Positions 20,078 through 30,944 of a DNA stretch of 64,000 bases are shown piece after piece (position 1 is the stretch's first letter; each line of letters starts with the position of its first letter). The stretch comes from Acidobacteriota bacterium (GTDB taxonomy: Bacteria > Acidobacteriota > UBA6911 > JACQSX01), in contig DASXQR010000097.1 of the NCBI GenBank assembly GCA_036507075.1, positions 29,391-93,390 of the forward strand. Reading direction: 5' to 3'. Below the pieces are notes generated by a model. That model was given only the letters and a program-made list of their open reading frames with translations. It made no database searches and was not told the origin of the DNA. The position numbers were made by a program, and so were the translations under genes.

Positions 20078-21130
20078 TCAGCTTGGAGGGCGTTCGGCGT
20101 GCTTGGCGCCGCGACGGTAATTCAGGCTGGCAGTGGTCCGCTGAAGTCTGTAGTAATCGGGCATGAAGACGACCAACCCAAAGTTGCGCATGTTCTTGGA
20201 ATAGCCGGCGACCAGTTGTTGGTTGTAGTGATCAATTGAAAAATCAAAGATGTCTTTGGGCGCCTGGTCAATGATCTGCAGGTCGGCGTCAACCATAGTC
20301 AGCTTGCCGAAGCGCAGTGTTCCCCCCCGATAGTACATGTAATTGGCCGCCTTCGGATATGAAGGGTTCAGGCGTCCGGCTGATGCGCCGGAGCCGTCGG
20401 TGCCGGAACCGAATATTTGGATCACCTCGTTGCCGATAATCTGAACCGCCGTAACTTTTCCCAGAATATTCGGAGGAGGGGTCATTCGCTCGGGATCCAT
20501 GATCAAATCGTTGTCGTCGATTTTAACGCCTCGCGCCTCCCGAGCCTTGATTAACTCATCGAGTTCAACGCCAAACAGATGCATCAACCCTTTGACTGCG
20601 ATACCCCCGGCTTTGATCGATGTGGGGTGGAGTCGAATCTTGCCGTCCGCCGTGACGCTGAGATCTCCCACCATTCGGAAAGGAACGTCGATCACCTTAT
20701 GCATGGTTCCTTCCTGCTCGATCTGATTTCCATGAGTAGTGATGCGAAGGTTCTTCAGAGGCGAATGAGGATAAGCAAAGACGTAATTGTTCATCAGGTT
20801 CGTCAGGCTGTCGATCGTGATTCCAATGGTTCCCGAGTCGATTCGAACGATGAAGGATCGCTTGTCGTCGAAAACCGGCGGAGATGCTTTGTGCGCTCTG
20901 AGAAGCGCGCCGCGCAGGCTCTTAATATCAAGCGCAATATTGTCGTCGAGATGGAAGTTGACATTCCTCATTCGGACTTGAGTCACCGAATCAACAGACC
21001 TTGCCGTCGCGGAGGCCGGGCGATGCGTCTTTAGATTATTGCTGTGGTCGTTTGATCTGGAGTAACCGGACACGCTCAGAAGCAGAGCGAACGCTGCTAA
21101 GCTACACATTGCTAGTATTCTCATTCTCAT
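20078..21130 (-). CDS. Secreted hypothetical protein (beta-rich, possibly tubular lipid-binding-like)
   Basis: 350-aa ORF, signal peptide, AAGGGAG RBS; the fold suggestion is inference only. Confidence 0.75.
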   Translation of the reverse strand: MRMRILAMCSLAAFALLLSVSGYSRSNDHSNNLKTHRPASATARSVDSVTQVRMRNVNFHLDDNIALDIKSLRGALLRAHKASPPVFDDKRSFIVRIDSGTIGITIDSLTNLMNNYVFAYPHSPLKNLRITTHGNQIEQEGTMHKVIDVPFRMVGDLSVTADGKIRLHPTSIKAGGIAVKGLMHLFGVELDELIKAREARGVKIDDNDLIMDPERMTPPPNILGKVTAVQIIGNEVIQIFGSGTDGSGASAGRLNPSYPKAANYMYYRGGTLRFGKLTMVDADLQIIDQAPKDIFDFSIDHYNQQLVAGYSKNMRNFGLVVFMPDYYRLQRTTASLNYRRGAKHAERPPS

Positions 21131-21467
21131 CCCAAAGCTCCCTTCAGCCGATACTGCTTCCTCCTAATTCAGTTTAGCTTCACAACCAAACGCCGTGGGT
21201 CGTCCGGGATCAGTCCCGTTAACTCCTCCGGACATGTTGGCAATACAACTGCTACGGCTGCAAGTAACTGAATTGTTGATTCAAAAAGTTGGAGAAAGGA
21301 AAGCTGCTGCGGCTTTTCCAATGTAAATATGCCGGAAATTTCTTCCGGTAATCCTCTCTTCTTCCGAGCGCGTCAAAAATCTGAAATAGATTAATCCGGC
21401 TTTCGTATTACAGATTGTAAGTTTCGACTACTACCCGGTGAAGAGTGACTTTTGCTCTTCAATCTCG

Positions 21468-23444
21468 ATGATGCTCAAGAAACTCGTTCTCTGTTGCGCG
21501 TTCTTATTCCTTTCCCCGGCCACTGCGCTGGCGCGAACTGTCGACCTTGAGCTTGCCGGCGGCATCGATTTGCAGATTTCACTTTCGCTTCTTCCTGCCG
21601 CAGAGGAGTGGGAGGAAACCGCTCCCAACAGTTTCCAGTGCAACGGTTACACACTCGATCTGGACGAATCGAGGCAAGGAGGGAGATCGGCGCTGAAGAT
21701 AAGGCTTACGCGCATCGATCAGGCCCCTTTCTGGCTGCGGAATTTCCAGGCTCTGTGGGTTTTCAACAAACCGGATCTTTTCGCTGTTTGGACCTATGTC
21801 CAGAATCCTTCCACGCACAGGAATTATACCGCCTTGAGCAGTGAGCCTTTTGGGGCGGTCACTTCGGCCAATTCAGGCATTCCTTACGCCATGGCAGTCA
21901 CAAGCGAAGGCCGGAATCTGCTGGCCGTGGGAACTCTGACACAGAATCAAACCATGTACCTGGGAGGCGCTCCCTATGAAGACGGGGCCTACTATTTCTA
22001 CATGGGAACACAGGTTCCAATCTACCAGAAGACTTTTACCGAAAGCCTGTTCATCGACGTCACGGCCGGCAACTGGTTTGATATCACTCGCGGTTATGCC
22101 GACTGGGTCGACGCCGAGCGCAGCTACGAGCCTTTCCCTGTCTCGCCTGCGTGTTTCCACCCGATGTACGACAGTTGGTATTGGACCCTGGATGCGGTCA
22201 ATTTGGATCTCCACTGGAAAAACCTGGTTCTTGCCAGAGATCTCGGGTTCCAGTCGTATCTCTTTGACGCGGGTTGGGAGTCCAAGACAGGAGAATTAGC
22301 CAAGTGGCTGGCCGGCGCCCTGGGCAATTATTCGGCGCCACGGGATAAGCTGCCCAATTTCGACCAGTTTTTGCAAAAGGCCAAGCGCGATCTCAAGATG
22401 AACGTGATCCTGTGGATGGCTCCTTATGCGGTCGGAAGACAAAGCGTCAATTACGCCGGCACACGAGGATCGCATTCGCTGTTTCGGATTTCCAGACCAG
22501 GATACAAGGGGGGCTCAACGGAGACTCCTTACACGCTGCCGCTGAACTCTCGTTATGAAGAGAATGTCAATTTATGCCCGCGCCATCCGGACACAGCGCC
22601 GTACTTGAAAGCACTGATGGAGCAAGTATCGCAGACTTACGCGCCCGACGGCTACTGGCTCGACTTCCAGGAGAGTATTCCCTTTATTTGCGAAGCGAGA
22701 CACCGGCATTCGTCGTCGTTTGCAACAGCCTTTAATTCATCCCAGACGGGAATCAGCCGGGGAATTCTCAACCGTATCATTCAGCCCACGGTAGAGATGC
22801 GTTATCCGGCGGCAAATCTTAATAACAAGAAGTTCGCCAATCTGTGGCAAAGCATCGACTTTCCCGGGGACTTCGACGCCATGCGCCTTTGCAATCTGAT
22901 GATGCGTCCATTCAGCCGGGGTGTCGTCATGGGGACAGACGAAATGTACTGGCCCCCCACGGAAGACGATACCCGCGTGGCCAAATTTGCGGCTACGGTG
23001 ATTTTCAGCGGCGTCCCCGCCTTTGGGGCCAACTTTCTAAACGGACCGCGCTCACATTCGGAGATTGTCAAAGCCTGGCTGAAGTTTTATCGGGATAATC
23101 AGGCCGACCTCACCGGCGGCGTGTTCAAGCCGTTCGGTAGTTTTGTAACACCGGAACAGAAAATAGAATCCGAACAGAAAGCCTTCCTCTATTTGCGCAC
23201 CGGCTACACAACGGAAGCACCATTGGACGGAACACCTGAGACAATTTACATTTCCAACTGCACGGATCTGGATTATGTGGAGATCAATCTGTCCGGCGCC
23301 AAGAGCGGCAGGTATCAGCTCGAGAACTATGACAATCACCTGCGTCTTCTAGCCAGGGCGGTCCGGAACTTCGGCGAGCCTTTCTTCATCAGCGAAGAAG
23401 TGCCCCAGGGAGGATTATTGAAGCTTCGAAGATTGGAAGATTAA
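21468..23444 (+). CDS. Secreted glycoside hydrolase, clan GH-D (GH36/alpha-galactosidase-like)
   Basis: Signal peptide, YDSWY, LFDAGW, LWMAP, YWLDF nucleophile region. Confidence 0.7.
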   Translation: MMLKKLVLCCAFLFLSPATALARTVDLELAGGIDLQISLSLLPAAEEWEETAPNSFQCNGYTLDLDESRQGGRSALKIRLTRIDQAPFWLRNFQALWVFNKPDLFAVWTYVQNPSTHRNYTALSSEPFGAVTSANSGIPYAMAVTSEGRNLLAVGTLTQNQTMYLGGAPYEDGAYYFYMGTQVPIYQKTFTESLFIDVTAGNWFDITRGYADWVDAERSYEPFPVSPACFHPMYDSWYWTLDAVNLDLHWKNLVLARDLGFQSYLFDAGWESKTGELAKWLAGALGNYSAPRDKLPNFDQFLQKAKRDLKMNVILWMAPYAVGRQSVNYAGTRGSHSLFRISRPGYKGGSTETPYTLPLNSRYEENVNLCPRHPDTAPYLKALMEQVSQTYAPDGYWLDFQESIPFICEARHRHSSSFATAFNSSQTGISRGILNRIIQPTVEMRYPAANLNNKKFANLWQSIDFPGDFDAMRLCNLMMRPFSRGVVMGTDEMYWPPTEDDTRVAKFAATVIFSGVPAFGANFLNGPRSHSEIVKAWLKFYRDNQADLTGGVFKPFGSFVTPEQKIESEQKAFLYLRTGYTTEAPLDGTPETIYISNCTDLDYVEINLSGAKSGRYQLENYDNHLRLLARAVRNFGEPFFISEEVPQGGLLKLRRLED

Positions 23445-23515
23445 AAGAATTGGAAAATTAGAAAATTGCCCCGAATTTCTGATTTTTCAATCTTCCGATT
23501 ATTAATTCGATGATT

Positions 23516-25030
23516 TTACGGGCTCAGTTGGATTTGAACCACTCGTTCGAACTCCGGCCGCACACCCGAAGAGTGGAAATAAACCTTCAGATCGCGGCAG
23601 GGCCCGAACACGCGAAACAGATTGCCCGAATCTGTGTACCAGATCAGGTCGCTGTTTTCAGGGACGCCGACAAGCAGAGCAGTGCCGCAATCGAATCCAC
23701 CCGGAATTGCCGCATGGAACTCTTTCAGGAGCCTGGCTGAAGTGCGCGAACTCGTCACCGGCCAGGAATTGACGCGGTTGTTTAAGACACCTGTGAAGGT
23801 GCTGAAAACAAAGATGGCCATGGCCGGCGCCAGCACATATTTGAATTTCGTTCTGACCACTTCACTCACGAAAACACCAGCCAGGAGGGCCACTCCGAGC
23901 AAGGGGATATAAAGATTGTGCTGCATCACTTTTCCGGCCAGTGGCAGCACCGGCGCCAGCGCCAGAAGAAACCAGATCAGCCCTAGAAGTGACGCGCGAT
24001 GGAGGCGACGGATGGCTCGTCCGACGAACGCCAGAAAGACGATGATGACGGGAAACATCAAAAGAGCGGCGGCAGTCGTCAGCCGGGGATAGGCTGGTTT
24101 AATGGGAACCGAAAGGCCCGGGACGCCGGAAACAAAAAAAGACGCCATCCCGGTTCCCTGGGGCAGGTTTAGACCCCACCACAGATACTTTACCTTCATG
24201 ACGGCAGATTCGAGCGACAGCGATGCGCGGTATGGATGCGCGGCCGAATCGGGATAAAGAGCGCCGCCTCGCATGAACCAAATAGCGCCGATGAAGAGGA
24301 GCGCCAATCCCCAGAAAATCGCGGTCTGTTTCGCACTCGCCCAAAGACGCCGTGAGACTCTCTCTTCATTACTTCGCATCACCTCATAGCTTGTCAGGAT
24401 TGCCGGTAGAAACACGGCTGATTCTTTGCTCAGAACGGAAGCGATCCATGAAACGTAAGCGATGGCAATCCAGCGGTCATTCCGCTCAGATTTAAGATAC
24501 GCGAAAAACGCCGACAGTAGAAAAAAGGCGCCTGTGAAGTCGGGAATGAACGTGATGCCGTAAGTGACGAAAAAATTAACTCGATGCAGCGCGAAAACAA
24601 AAGCAACCGCCAGCGCCGCCACGGGACTCGGCAGCAGGCGGCGGGCGATCAAATATGCCAGCACTGTGTTGACAGCGTGAAACACGAGTGGGACCAGATG
24701 ATGGCCCGGTGGGTTGTATCCAAACAGCGGAAAGAACAGGTACGTGAACATTACCAGCCCCATCGGCCGATAGTGTCCGCGGTCATCGATGGCAACGAAG
24801 GCGCGGATCAGATCCGGCCAGCCGTGCAGGAACCTGCCAAAATAATAAACGGCATCCGGACCGAAGAACTCGCTGCGGTTCCACGAGAAAAGACCCGCCA
24901 TCAGTCCCAGAATGAAGATCAGTCCGACAAGGATCGGTTTGTGGCGGTTCCATGCACCAAGCAGCGCGCCCGCGCCCAGCCTGAAATACCACCGCGTGGG
25001 CCCGGCCGGAGACGTTAAGGTGTGCATCAT
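23516..25030 (-). CDS. GT-C fold membrane glycosyltransferase (ArnT/PMT-like)
   Basis: Multiple TMs, PD..Y, YRP, SKE motif, YIPL. Confidence 0.7.
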   Translation of the reverse strand: MMHTLTSPAGPTRWYFRLGAGALLGAWNRHKPILVGLIFILGLMAGLFSWNRSEFFGPDAVYYFGRFLHGWPDLIRAFVAIDDRGHYRPMGLVMFTYLFFPLFGYNPPGHHLVPLVFHAVNTVLAYLIARRLLPSPVAALAVAFVFALHRVNFFVTYGITFIPDFTGAFFLLSAFFAYLKSERNDRWIAIAYVSWIASVLSKESAVFLPAILTSYEVMRSNEERVSRRLWASAKQTAIFWGLALLFIGAIWFMRGGALYPDSAAHPYRASLSLESAVMKVKYLWWGLNLPQGTGMASFFVSGVPGLSVPIKPAYPRLTTAAALLMFPVIIVFLAFVGRAIRRLHRASLLGLIWFLLALAPVLPLAGKVMQHNLYIPLLGVALLAGVFVSEVVRTKFKYVLAPAMAIFVFSTFTGVLNNRVNSWPVTSSRTSARLLKEFHAAIPGGFDCGTALLVGVPENSDLIWYTDSGNLFRVFGPCRDLKVYFHSSGVRPEFERVVQIQLSP

Positions 25031-25272
25031 TTGCTACCAGAAGTATTGATGAAAACGACGATGGTGCCGGGATTTCACCCCCCAAGGAAATACGGCACGG
25101 CTGATATTCGATAAAGATAGCGAACAGAAAACCTGCGTGAGTGTTTTTATTTTAGCATTCACCGCCCTTAAGTTTGAACATTTTCGGAGGCGACAAGCTT
25201 CGCCATCGTCGGACCCCCATACGTCAGGGCCTGTTGTCCAAATCGAAAGGGGGCTGAGACGGACACGTTGCA

Positions 25273-25365
25273 TTCACCGCAGAGCCGCAAAGAACGCCAA
25301 GTTTCCGCGGAGATCCCATTGCCAACCTCTGCGAGGCTTAGCGTCCTCGGCGACTCTGCGGTGAA
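25273..25365. repeat. Palindromic element with 9-bp-periodic arms
   Basis: ttcaccgcagagccgc / gcgactctgcggtgaa. Confidence 0.65.
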
Positions 25366-25477
25366 AGTGATGTTCCGAATCAGTAACAGGCGCAATGGCT
25401 CTTTGACTTCGCTCGTCGCCCTGCATAAACTCGACCTCACATCGACAACACATCGCATATTGGTTAAGGAGGCAATC

Positions 25478-26722
25478 ATGGCGTCGAAATCCGATACCAT
25501 CAAACGGCCGTCTGAAGAATCGCGCACAGAATCGGGCGGGCGCAGGCTGGGAAGACGCGAATTCCTAAAGTCTGCAGCGGCCACAGGAGCCGGATGGACC
25601 ATCGTCAAACCCGGGTCGGTTTATGGCACGGAAGCAAATTCCCGGCTTGAGCTCGGAGTTATCGGAAGCGGAGGTCGCGGCAGGTTCATCGCCGGTCTCT
25701 TCGAAAAGAACTCAAACACCAAGGTGGTGGCGCTGCACGATTACTTTGCCGATCGCGTCGACCAATTGGGCGAGAGGTTGCAGGTGGAGTCCGAGCGCCG
25801 ATACACGGGCCTTGACGGATATCGCCGCCTGCTGGACGGAAAATTGGATGCAGTAGCGATCGAAAGCCCTCCCTATTTCCATCCCGAGCAGGCAATTGCC
25901 GCATTGGACGCGGGAAAACATGTCTATCTGGCCAAACCGATCGCCGTCGATGTCGTCGGCTGCCTGGCCATCCTGGATGCCGCCGGCAAGGCAAGGGGAA
26001 AGCGGAGCATTCTGGTCGATTTTCAAACCCGAAACGATCCGCTCTTCCGCGAAGCAGCTTCACGGGTTCACCAGGGAGATATCGGCACACCCGTCCTGGG
26101 CCATGTTTATTATCATGCCGGGCGCCTTAAGCCCCAGGCCCAGGGCACGAGTCAGGCGGCGCGCCTGCGCAACTGGGTTTTCGACAAGGCACTCTCGGGC
26201 GACATCATCGTAGAGCAGAATATCCACGTGATCGATGTGGCCAACTGGTACTTGCAGTCTCACCCCATCAAAGCGCAGGGATTTGGAGGCCGCAAGGCTC
26301 GAGTGGATGTCGGTGATTGCTGGGACCACTACGTTGTCACGTACTTGTATCCGAACGAAGTGGTCGTTGATTTCAGCTCCGCGCAGTTCACCAAGGGTTA
26401 CGACGATCTCTGCATCCGTCTTTATGGGGGCAGCGGCACGGTGGATTCTCATTATGACGGCGACGTGCGCATTCGCGGCGACAAACCGTGGGACGGCGGA
26501 AGCACGAAAGGGTTGTACACCAGCGGCGCGGTCAACAACATCAAGGACTTTTACGCCAGCGTCGCCGGCGGCAATTATCTTTTTGATACGGTTGCTCCCA
26601 GCGTCGAAAGCAACCTGGCAGCCATCTTGGGCCGCATGGCCGCCTACGAAGGACGCGCTGTGACATGGAATGAAATGCTGAAATCCCGCCAGCGTATCGA
26701 CGCCAGGCTGCAAGGGTTATGA
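25478..26722 (+). CDS. Gfo/Idh/MocA oxidoreductase with Tat signal
   Basis: AGGAGG RBS, GRREFLK, IGSGGRG, LAKP, EQNIH. Confidence 0.92.
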   Translation: MASKSDTIKRPSEESRTESGGRRLGRREFLKSAAATGAGWTIVKPGSVYGTEANSRLELGVIGSGGRGRFIAGLFEKNSNTKVVALHDYFADRVDQLGERLQVESERRYTGLDGYRRLLDGKLDAVAIESPPYFHPEQAIAALDAGKHVYLAKPIAVDVVGCLAILDAAGKARGKRSILVDFQTRNDPLFREAASRVHQGDIGTPVLGHVYYHAGRLKPQAQGTSQAARLRNWVFDKALSGDIIVEQNIHVIDVANWYLQSHPIKAQGFGGRKARVDVGDCWDHYVVTYLYPNEVVVDFSSAQFTKGYDDLCIRLYGGSGTVDSHYDGDVRIRGDKPWDGGSTKGLYTSGAVNNIKDFYASVAGGNYLFDTVAPSVESNLAAILGRMAAYEGRAVTWNEMLKSRQRIDARLQGL

Positions 26723-27832
26723 AGGCATGCGTCTGACCGAACCTGGCTTAAACGGGCGGTGTGATTCGGCACTGGCCACGGCGGCAAAGCAAAGCTCCAA
26801 TCCGCGCATGTGGCTGAGGGCATTGTTCTCAGGCTCGCGATCTTCCTCGATGGCGCACAGCAATTCTCCCATCGTTCCGCGAAAACCATCCGGGAACCAA
26901 TGGCCCTTCAGCTTCGGGCTCGCGACGCCCCGGTACCACTGAAGCGTGACCTTCTGACTGGCCAGATCCGGACCACCGCTAAAAACCGCCCCCGCCGACC
27001 CCACGATGTAAGTCCGATCTTCGGCCCCGATCTTGGTGTCGCCGTTGAATGCCAGCACCGCCTGGCCGTGGTCGTACTCAATCAGGGCCTGTCCCAGCAG
27101 TGGAGGGTTTGCCTTCTGGCCGCGCGAGCGCGCAAACGACGCAAACACGCGCCTTGCGCTGCGCCTTCCGAAGAAACAGGTCAGCAAGTCGAACCAGTGA
27201 ATTCCAAAATCATAAAGAATGATATGTCGCACTCGATTAAACTCGGTGCCGGCAACCCAGTTGTGGTTCCAGCTCACCGTGCACTGGACAGACAGCACAT
27301 CGCCGATCAGTCCTTTTCTGATCACATGGCGGATATAGCTGAAGTGCGGCGCCCATCGCCCGTTGGTATTGACGGCCAGCTTGACCTTCCGTTTGGCGGC
27401 CAGTTTGACCATGCGACGCCCAAACGACAGATCCGTCGTGAAAGGCTTTTGGCTGAGCACATGCTTGCCGGCCAGGATTGACGATTCAATGATTTTTTGG
27501 CGCTGGCCGGGATGCGTGGCGATGTCGACCACTTCAATATCGTCGCGCGCCAACACCTGTTTGTAGTCAGCGTAAACGGCCGCTTTCGGGTAAAACTCCT
27601 TCTGCCGTTGGAAGGCCCTTTCTACTTTGCGGTCACATACGGCGAGCACCCTGAATCCAGCCTTTTTGTAGGCCCTCAGGTGCTGCACGCTGATTCCGCC
27701 GCACCCGATCAGTCCGATGCCGGGGTTGTAGTGCCGGGGGCTGCGCGGCTCGTAGGGCAAAGATGGTGCCCTGACAGGTCTGCCGACGACTTTCGCCCCC
27801 ATGCCATAGTCGTTGGTTTTTCTCTTTGCCAT
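26717..27832 (-). CDS. Gfo/Idh/MocA oxidoreductase
   Basis: IGCGGI, SQKP, DFGIH. Confidence 0.92.
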   Translation of the reverse strand: MAKRKTNDYGMGAKVVGRPVRAPSLPYEPRSPRHYNPGIGLIGCGGISVQHLRAYKKAGFRVLAVCDRKVERAFQRQKEFYPKAAVYADYKQVLARDDIEVVDIATHPGQRQKIIESSILAGKHVLSQKPFTTDLSFGRRMVKLAAKRKVKLAVNTNGRWAPHFSYIRHVIRKGLIGDVLSVQCTVSWNHNWVAGTEFNRVRHIILYDFGIHWFDLLTCFFGRRSARRVFASFARSRGQKANPPLLGQALIEYDHGQAVLAFNGDTKIGAEDRTYIVGSAGAVFSGGPDLASQKVTLQWYRGVASPKLKGHWFPDGFRGTMGELLCAIEEDREPENNALSHMRGLELCFAAVASAESHRPFKPGSVRRMPS

Positions 27833-27845
27833 GGCTGTATTAAAG

Positions 27846-27910
27846 CTTTGTGGTTCTTTGTGTCTTGGTGGTTAAAAGGATTTCACCACCAAGACACAAA
27901 GAACACGAAG
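27846..27910. repeat. Short inverted element with CACCAAGACACAAAG arms
   Basis: ctttgtgtcttggtggt / accaccaagacacaaag. Confidence 0.7.
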
Positions 27911-27919
27911 ACACACGGA

Positions 27920-28993
27920 TCAGCGCAGCAGCGGTACCGGACGCTGCTGCGAGGAGCTGAGAAGCGCTGCGTCCACAATCTGCTGGCCGATCCGGCTTAT
28001 CGCCGGCGAAAGCGGGCCTTCAATGCGACGCCCGTTCTCGAGACAATCAATCACATACTGCACGGGATTCTTGAAGCGCAAATTGTCCACGGGCATTTCG
28101 AGACCTTCAGGATGACTGGAGGTCTGGACGCGAACTAACTTTTCATAATCGTAGCTGCTGATCGTGCCGCCTGTGCCGACGATAACAAAGCCGCATTTGG
28201 GCTGCGGCTGGCAGGTCCAGGGATCGGTAAAGGTTCCCCAGCGCGTTTCAAATTTCGACAGCGCTCCGTCGTCGTAGCGGGCTACGGTGACACTGTGCTC
28301 GTCAACCTCCAGATTGGCCGCGCCGCCGATGACTGTTGTGACCTCGACCGGTATTCGACCGTCCATGAACCAGGTTCCAAGCGTCGTACCGTAACCGAGA
28401 TAGTCCAGGAGCGATCCTCCACCCTGCTCTTTTCTGTAAAACCAGCTGCCTGGTTTTTCCCGCGCCACTTCTTCGGCAGTCTTGTTGATCTTGTCTGCCA
28501 TATGCCAGAGCGGACCGCGGTTGCCGTCATAATAGTGGACCTCCCGCACGATTCCAATCCGGCCTTCATCCACCAGGCGTTTGGCTGTGACATGGGGCGG
28601 ATACCAGGCCAGCGGCCAGTTAATGGCAAGCATCTTGCCGGATTTTTTCATCGCTTCGATCATGGCATCAGCATCCGACAGCGAAGCGCCAAACGGCTTC
28701 TCCATGATGACGTGACTCCCGAAGGGAGCGACCTTTTCAGTCCACTCGCGATGGCGGGCGGTTGCGGGACAAAGCAATACAATATCAGGCGAAGTCTTGT
28801 CGAGACACTCACGATAGTCGGTGAAAATTCGGCCGGCTGGAATGTTGAAATTCTTAGCCGACACCTGCATCCGGTCAGGTTGCTCGTCACAAATTCCGAC
28901 AATCTCCGCCTGCGGATGTTCAAAAACCATCCGCAGGTTATCGCCCATGTGCATATGGTCAAAATTGATGCCGGCGATTTTCCACTTCTTCAT
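27920..28993 (-). CDS. Gfo/Idh/MocA oxidoreductase
   Basis: GINFDHMH, MEKPF, GGGSLLDY. Confidence 0.9.
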   Translation of the reverse strand: MKKWKIAGINFDHMHMGDNLRMVFEHPQAEIVGICDEQPDRMQVSAKNFNIPAGRIFTDYRECLDKTSPDIVLLCPATARHREWTEKVAPFGSHVIMEKPFGASLSDADAMIEAMKKSGKMLAINWPLAWYPPHVTAKRLVDEGRIGIVREVHYYDGNRGPLWHMADKINKTAEEVAREKPGSWFYRKEQGGGSLLDYLGYGTTLGTWFMDGRIPVEVTTVIGGAANLEVDEHSVTVARYDDGALSKFETRWGTFTDPWTCQPQPKCGFVIVGTGGTISSYDYEKLVRVQTSSHPEGLEMPVDNLRFKNPVQYVIDCLENGRRIEGPLSPAISRIGQQIVDAALLSSSQQRPVPLLR

Positions 28994-29022
28994 ATCATGC
29001 CACGGCGTCGCTGCGCTCCTCC

Positions 29023-29078
29023 CGTAGAGACGCGACATGTCGCGTCTGAGCTCTGACGCGGCATGCCGCGTCTCTACG
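29023..29078. repeat. GTAG-type REP pair (REPIN-like)
   Basis: cgtagagacgcgacatgtcgcgtct ... gacgcggcatgccgcgtctctacg. Confidence 0.75.
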
Positions 29079-29098
29079 CCCCAGGGCAAACGCCCGGT

Positions 29099-29890
29099 TC
29101 ATTTCCTACCGGCATCTTTGTATAACTCCGCCAGCCGGCGGGCGTGCTCATCATAGGCGGACTCAAACAGTTCGGACGCGCGCTCGGGACCTACCACTGT
29201 CGCGCCGGCCAAAACCTTTGGCGGCGAACCGGCCCGCGTAAGCAGCGCAGCCACCTCCGCCTTAATGGCATTGATCAGCAGGCAACCGCCGATAGTCGAT
29301 CCAGGAGAGACAGGCGCTTCAAGTCCGGGAATGCAGACCATCGCGTCTCCAGCCGGAGCGCCGGTGTCCAGGACAAGATCGACCACGTCGGTCAGCTTCA
29401 ATCCGCCCGGATGGCGACTGGCGCTGGCCTCGCAATGGCTCCGGCTGACAATGCCGGCGGTCTTGATGCCTCTTTTGCGAAAACCTTCTGCCATTTCAAT
29501 GGGCACCAGATTGCAGCCGCTGGAGGAAATCACCAGGGCGCTGTCCCTGTCGGAAAGGCCGAAATTCCGCAGGATTCTTTCCGCGAGCCCGCCGACGTTT
29601 TCCAGGTACATCGCCTGCCGCTGACCGTTGGCTCCTACCACCTGATTGTGGAACGTGAGAGATAACTCGACGATCGGATTGAATCCGGGAAAAGATCCGT
29701 AACGAGGCCACATTTCCTCAACCACGATTCTGCTGTGGCCGCAGCCAAACAGGTGCACCATGCGTCCGGCAAGAATTGTGTCGCTGAACCAGGCCGCGAC
29801 TGTTTCGATGGCGGCCTGCTGGCGCTCCACGGCCGCGAGGATCTCTTTGCATTTATCCAAGTACTGCATCGCGGGGTTGAGACCACTCAT
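29099..29890 (-). CDS. SIS-domain sugar isomerase-like protein
   Basis: FGCGHS, ISSSG.N..PIEMA, D.G.P.GDA. Confidence 0.88.
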   Translation of the reverse strand: MSGLNPAMQYLDKCKEILAAVERQQAAIETVAAWFSDTILAGRMVHLFGCGHSRIVVEEMWPRYGSFPGFNPIVELSLTFHNQVVGANGQRQAMYLENVGGLAERILRNFGLSDRDSALVISSSGCNLVPIEMAEGFRKRGIKTAGIVSRSHCEASASRHPGGLKLTDVVDLVLDTGAPAGDAMVCIPGLEAPVSPGSTIGGCLLINAIKAEVAALLTRAGSPPKVLAGATVVGPERASELFESAYDEHARRLAELYKDAGRK

Positions 29891-29980
29891 GGTTTATCGA
29901 CCTACTCAACAATGGGTTAAGCTGGCTTGGTGTCTTGGTGGTTTCATTTTTTTGACCGCCAACGCACCAAGCTCACGAAC

Positions 29981-30898
29981 TTACTCTTCTTCCATCTGCA
30001 TCGCAAATCGCGCGGCTCCCAAAGCACCCGAAAAATCTCCCAGCGTAGCGGGCAGTAGTTTGACTCGAACACCTGACGGGCGCCACTCATACTTATCAAG
30101 AAATCGATTCAGCGGTTCAAAAAGGACTTCTCCGGCCCGCGCCACTCCGCCGCCGATGATTACCGCTTCCGGATCGAGAATGTTAATCAGGGAAGCTACT
30201 GCCGCAGCCAGGTCCTGAACTGATTTCAGCCAGATGGAAGAGGCCACGGCATCTCCGCGTTTGACATCTTCCAGCAGTTGGTGCGCGTTTGCGTATCGGC
30301 CCTGAGAACGCTGCGAGAGGCCGCATTCTCCCACCGCGGCTTCCAGACTTCCAGGCATTCCCACAATATCCTGGGAACCGTCGGGATCCAAAGTGATGTG
30401 TCCAATGTGGCCGGTGCGCCCGCATCGTCCCTGCACCAGGCTGCCCTGGATCAGAATAGCCCCACCCACTCCGGTGCCGAGCGTCAGCAGGATAACGTCC
30501 TGATAACCGTGCGCGGCGCCCAGCCAGTGTTCTCCCACAAGGGCCGCATGCGCGTCATTCAGCACCGGCACCGTGCGGGTGCGCGCCAGGAACCGGCTCC
30601 AGTCCAGACCTTCCAGGCCGGCCAGGCGTCCCGGCATGAGAGCAATGGTTCGATTATCGGGCGAAGCGAGCCCGGGGGCCGCAATTCCCAGCCAGTGTGC
30701 CGCCCCGTTGCGTTCTTCTAAATTCGCGGCCAGTCGTTTTACCGTTTCGGCCCAGATGGGAACGGAAGGCTGCCCAAGTCCGATTTTGTCTCGCGTCGGC
30801 TCCCGAATCTCATGCAAGACCGCTCCCGCTTCGGTCACTGCCACCATCTTGATGTTGGTGGCGCCCAGATCGATACCGATTCCGTAATGTTGGGCCAT
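29981..30898 (-). CDS. ROK-family sugar kinase
   Basis: GIDLGAT, NDAHAA..GE, TLGTGVGG, IIGGGV. Confidence 0.9.
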   Translation of the reverse strand: MAQHYGIGIDLGATNIKMVAVTEAGAVLHEIREPTRDKIGLGQPSVPIWAETVKRLAANLEERNGAAHWLGIAAPGLASPDNRTIALMPGRLAGLEGLDWSRFLARTRTVPVLNDAHAALVGEHWLGAAHGYQDVILLTLGTGVGGAILIQGSLVQGRCGRTGHIGHITLDPDGSQDIVGMPGSLEAAVGECGLSQRSQGRYANAHQLLEDVKRGDAVASSIWLKSVQDLAAAVASLINILDPEAVIIGGGVARAGEVLFEPLNRFLDKYEWRPSGVRVKLLPATLGDFSGALGAARFAMQMEEE

Positions 30899-30944
30899 TC
30901 TTGGTCGCCGCCGTCGCAAAAGAAACCGGGGGGCTTTGGGAAAT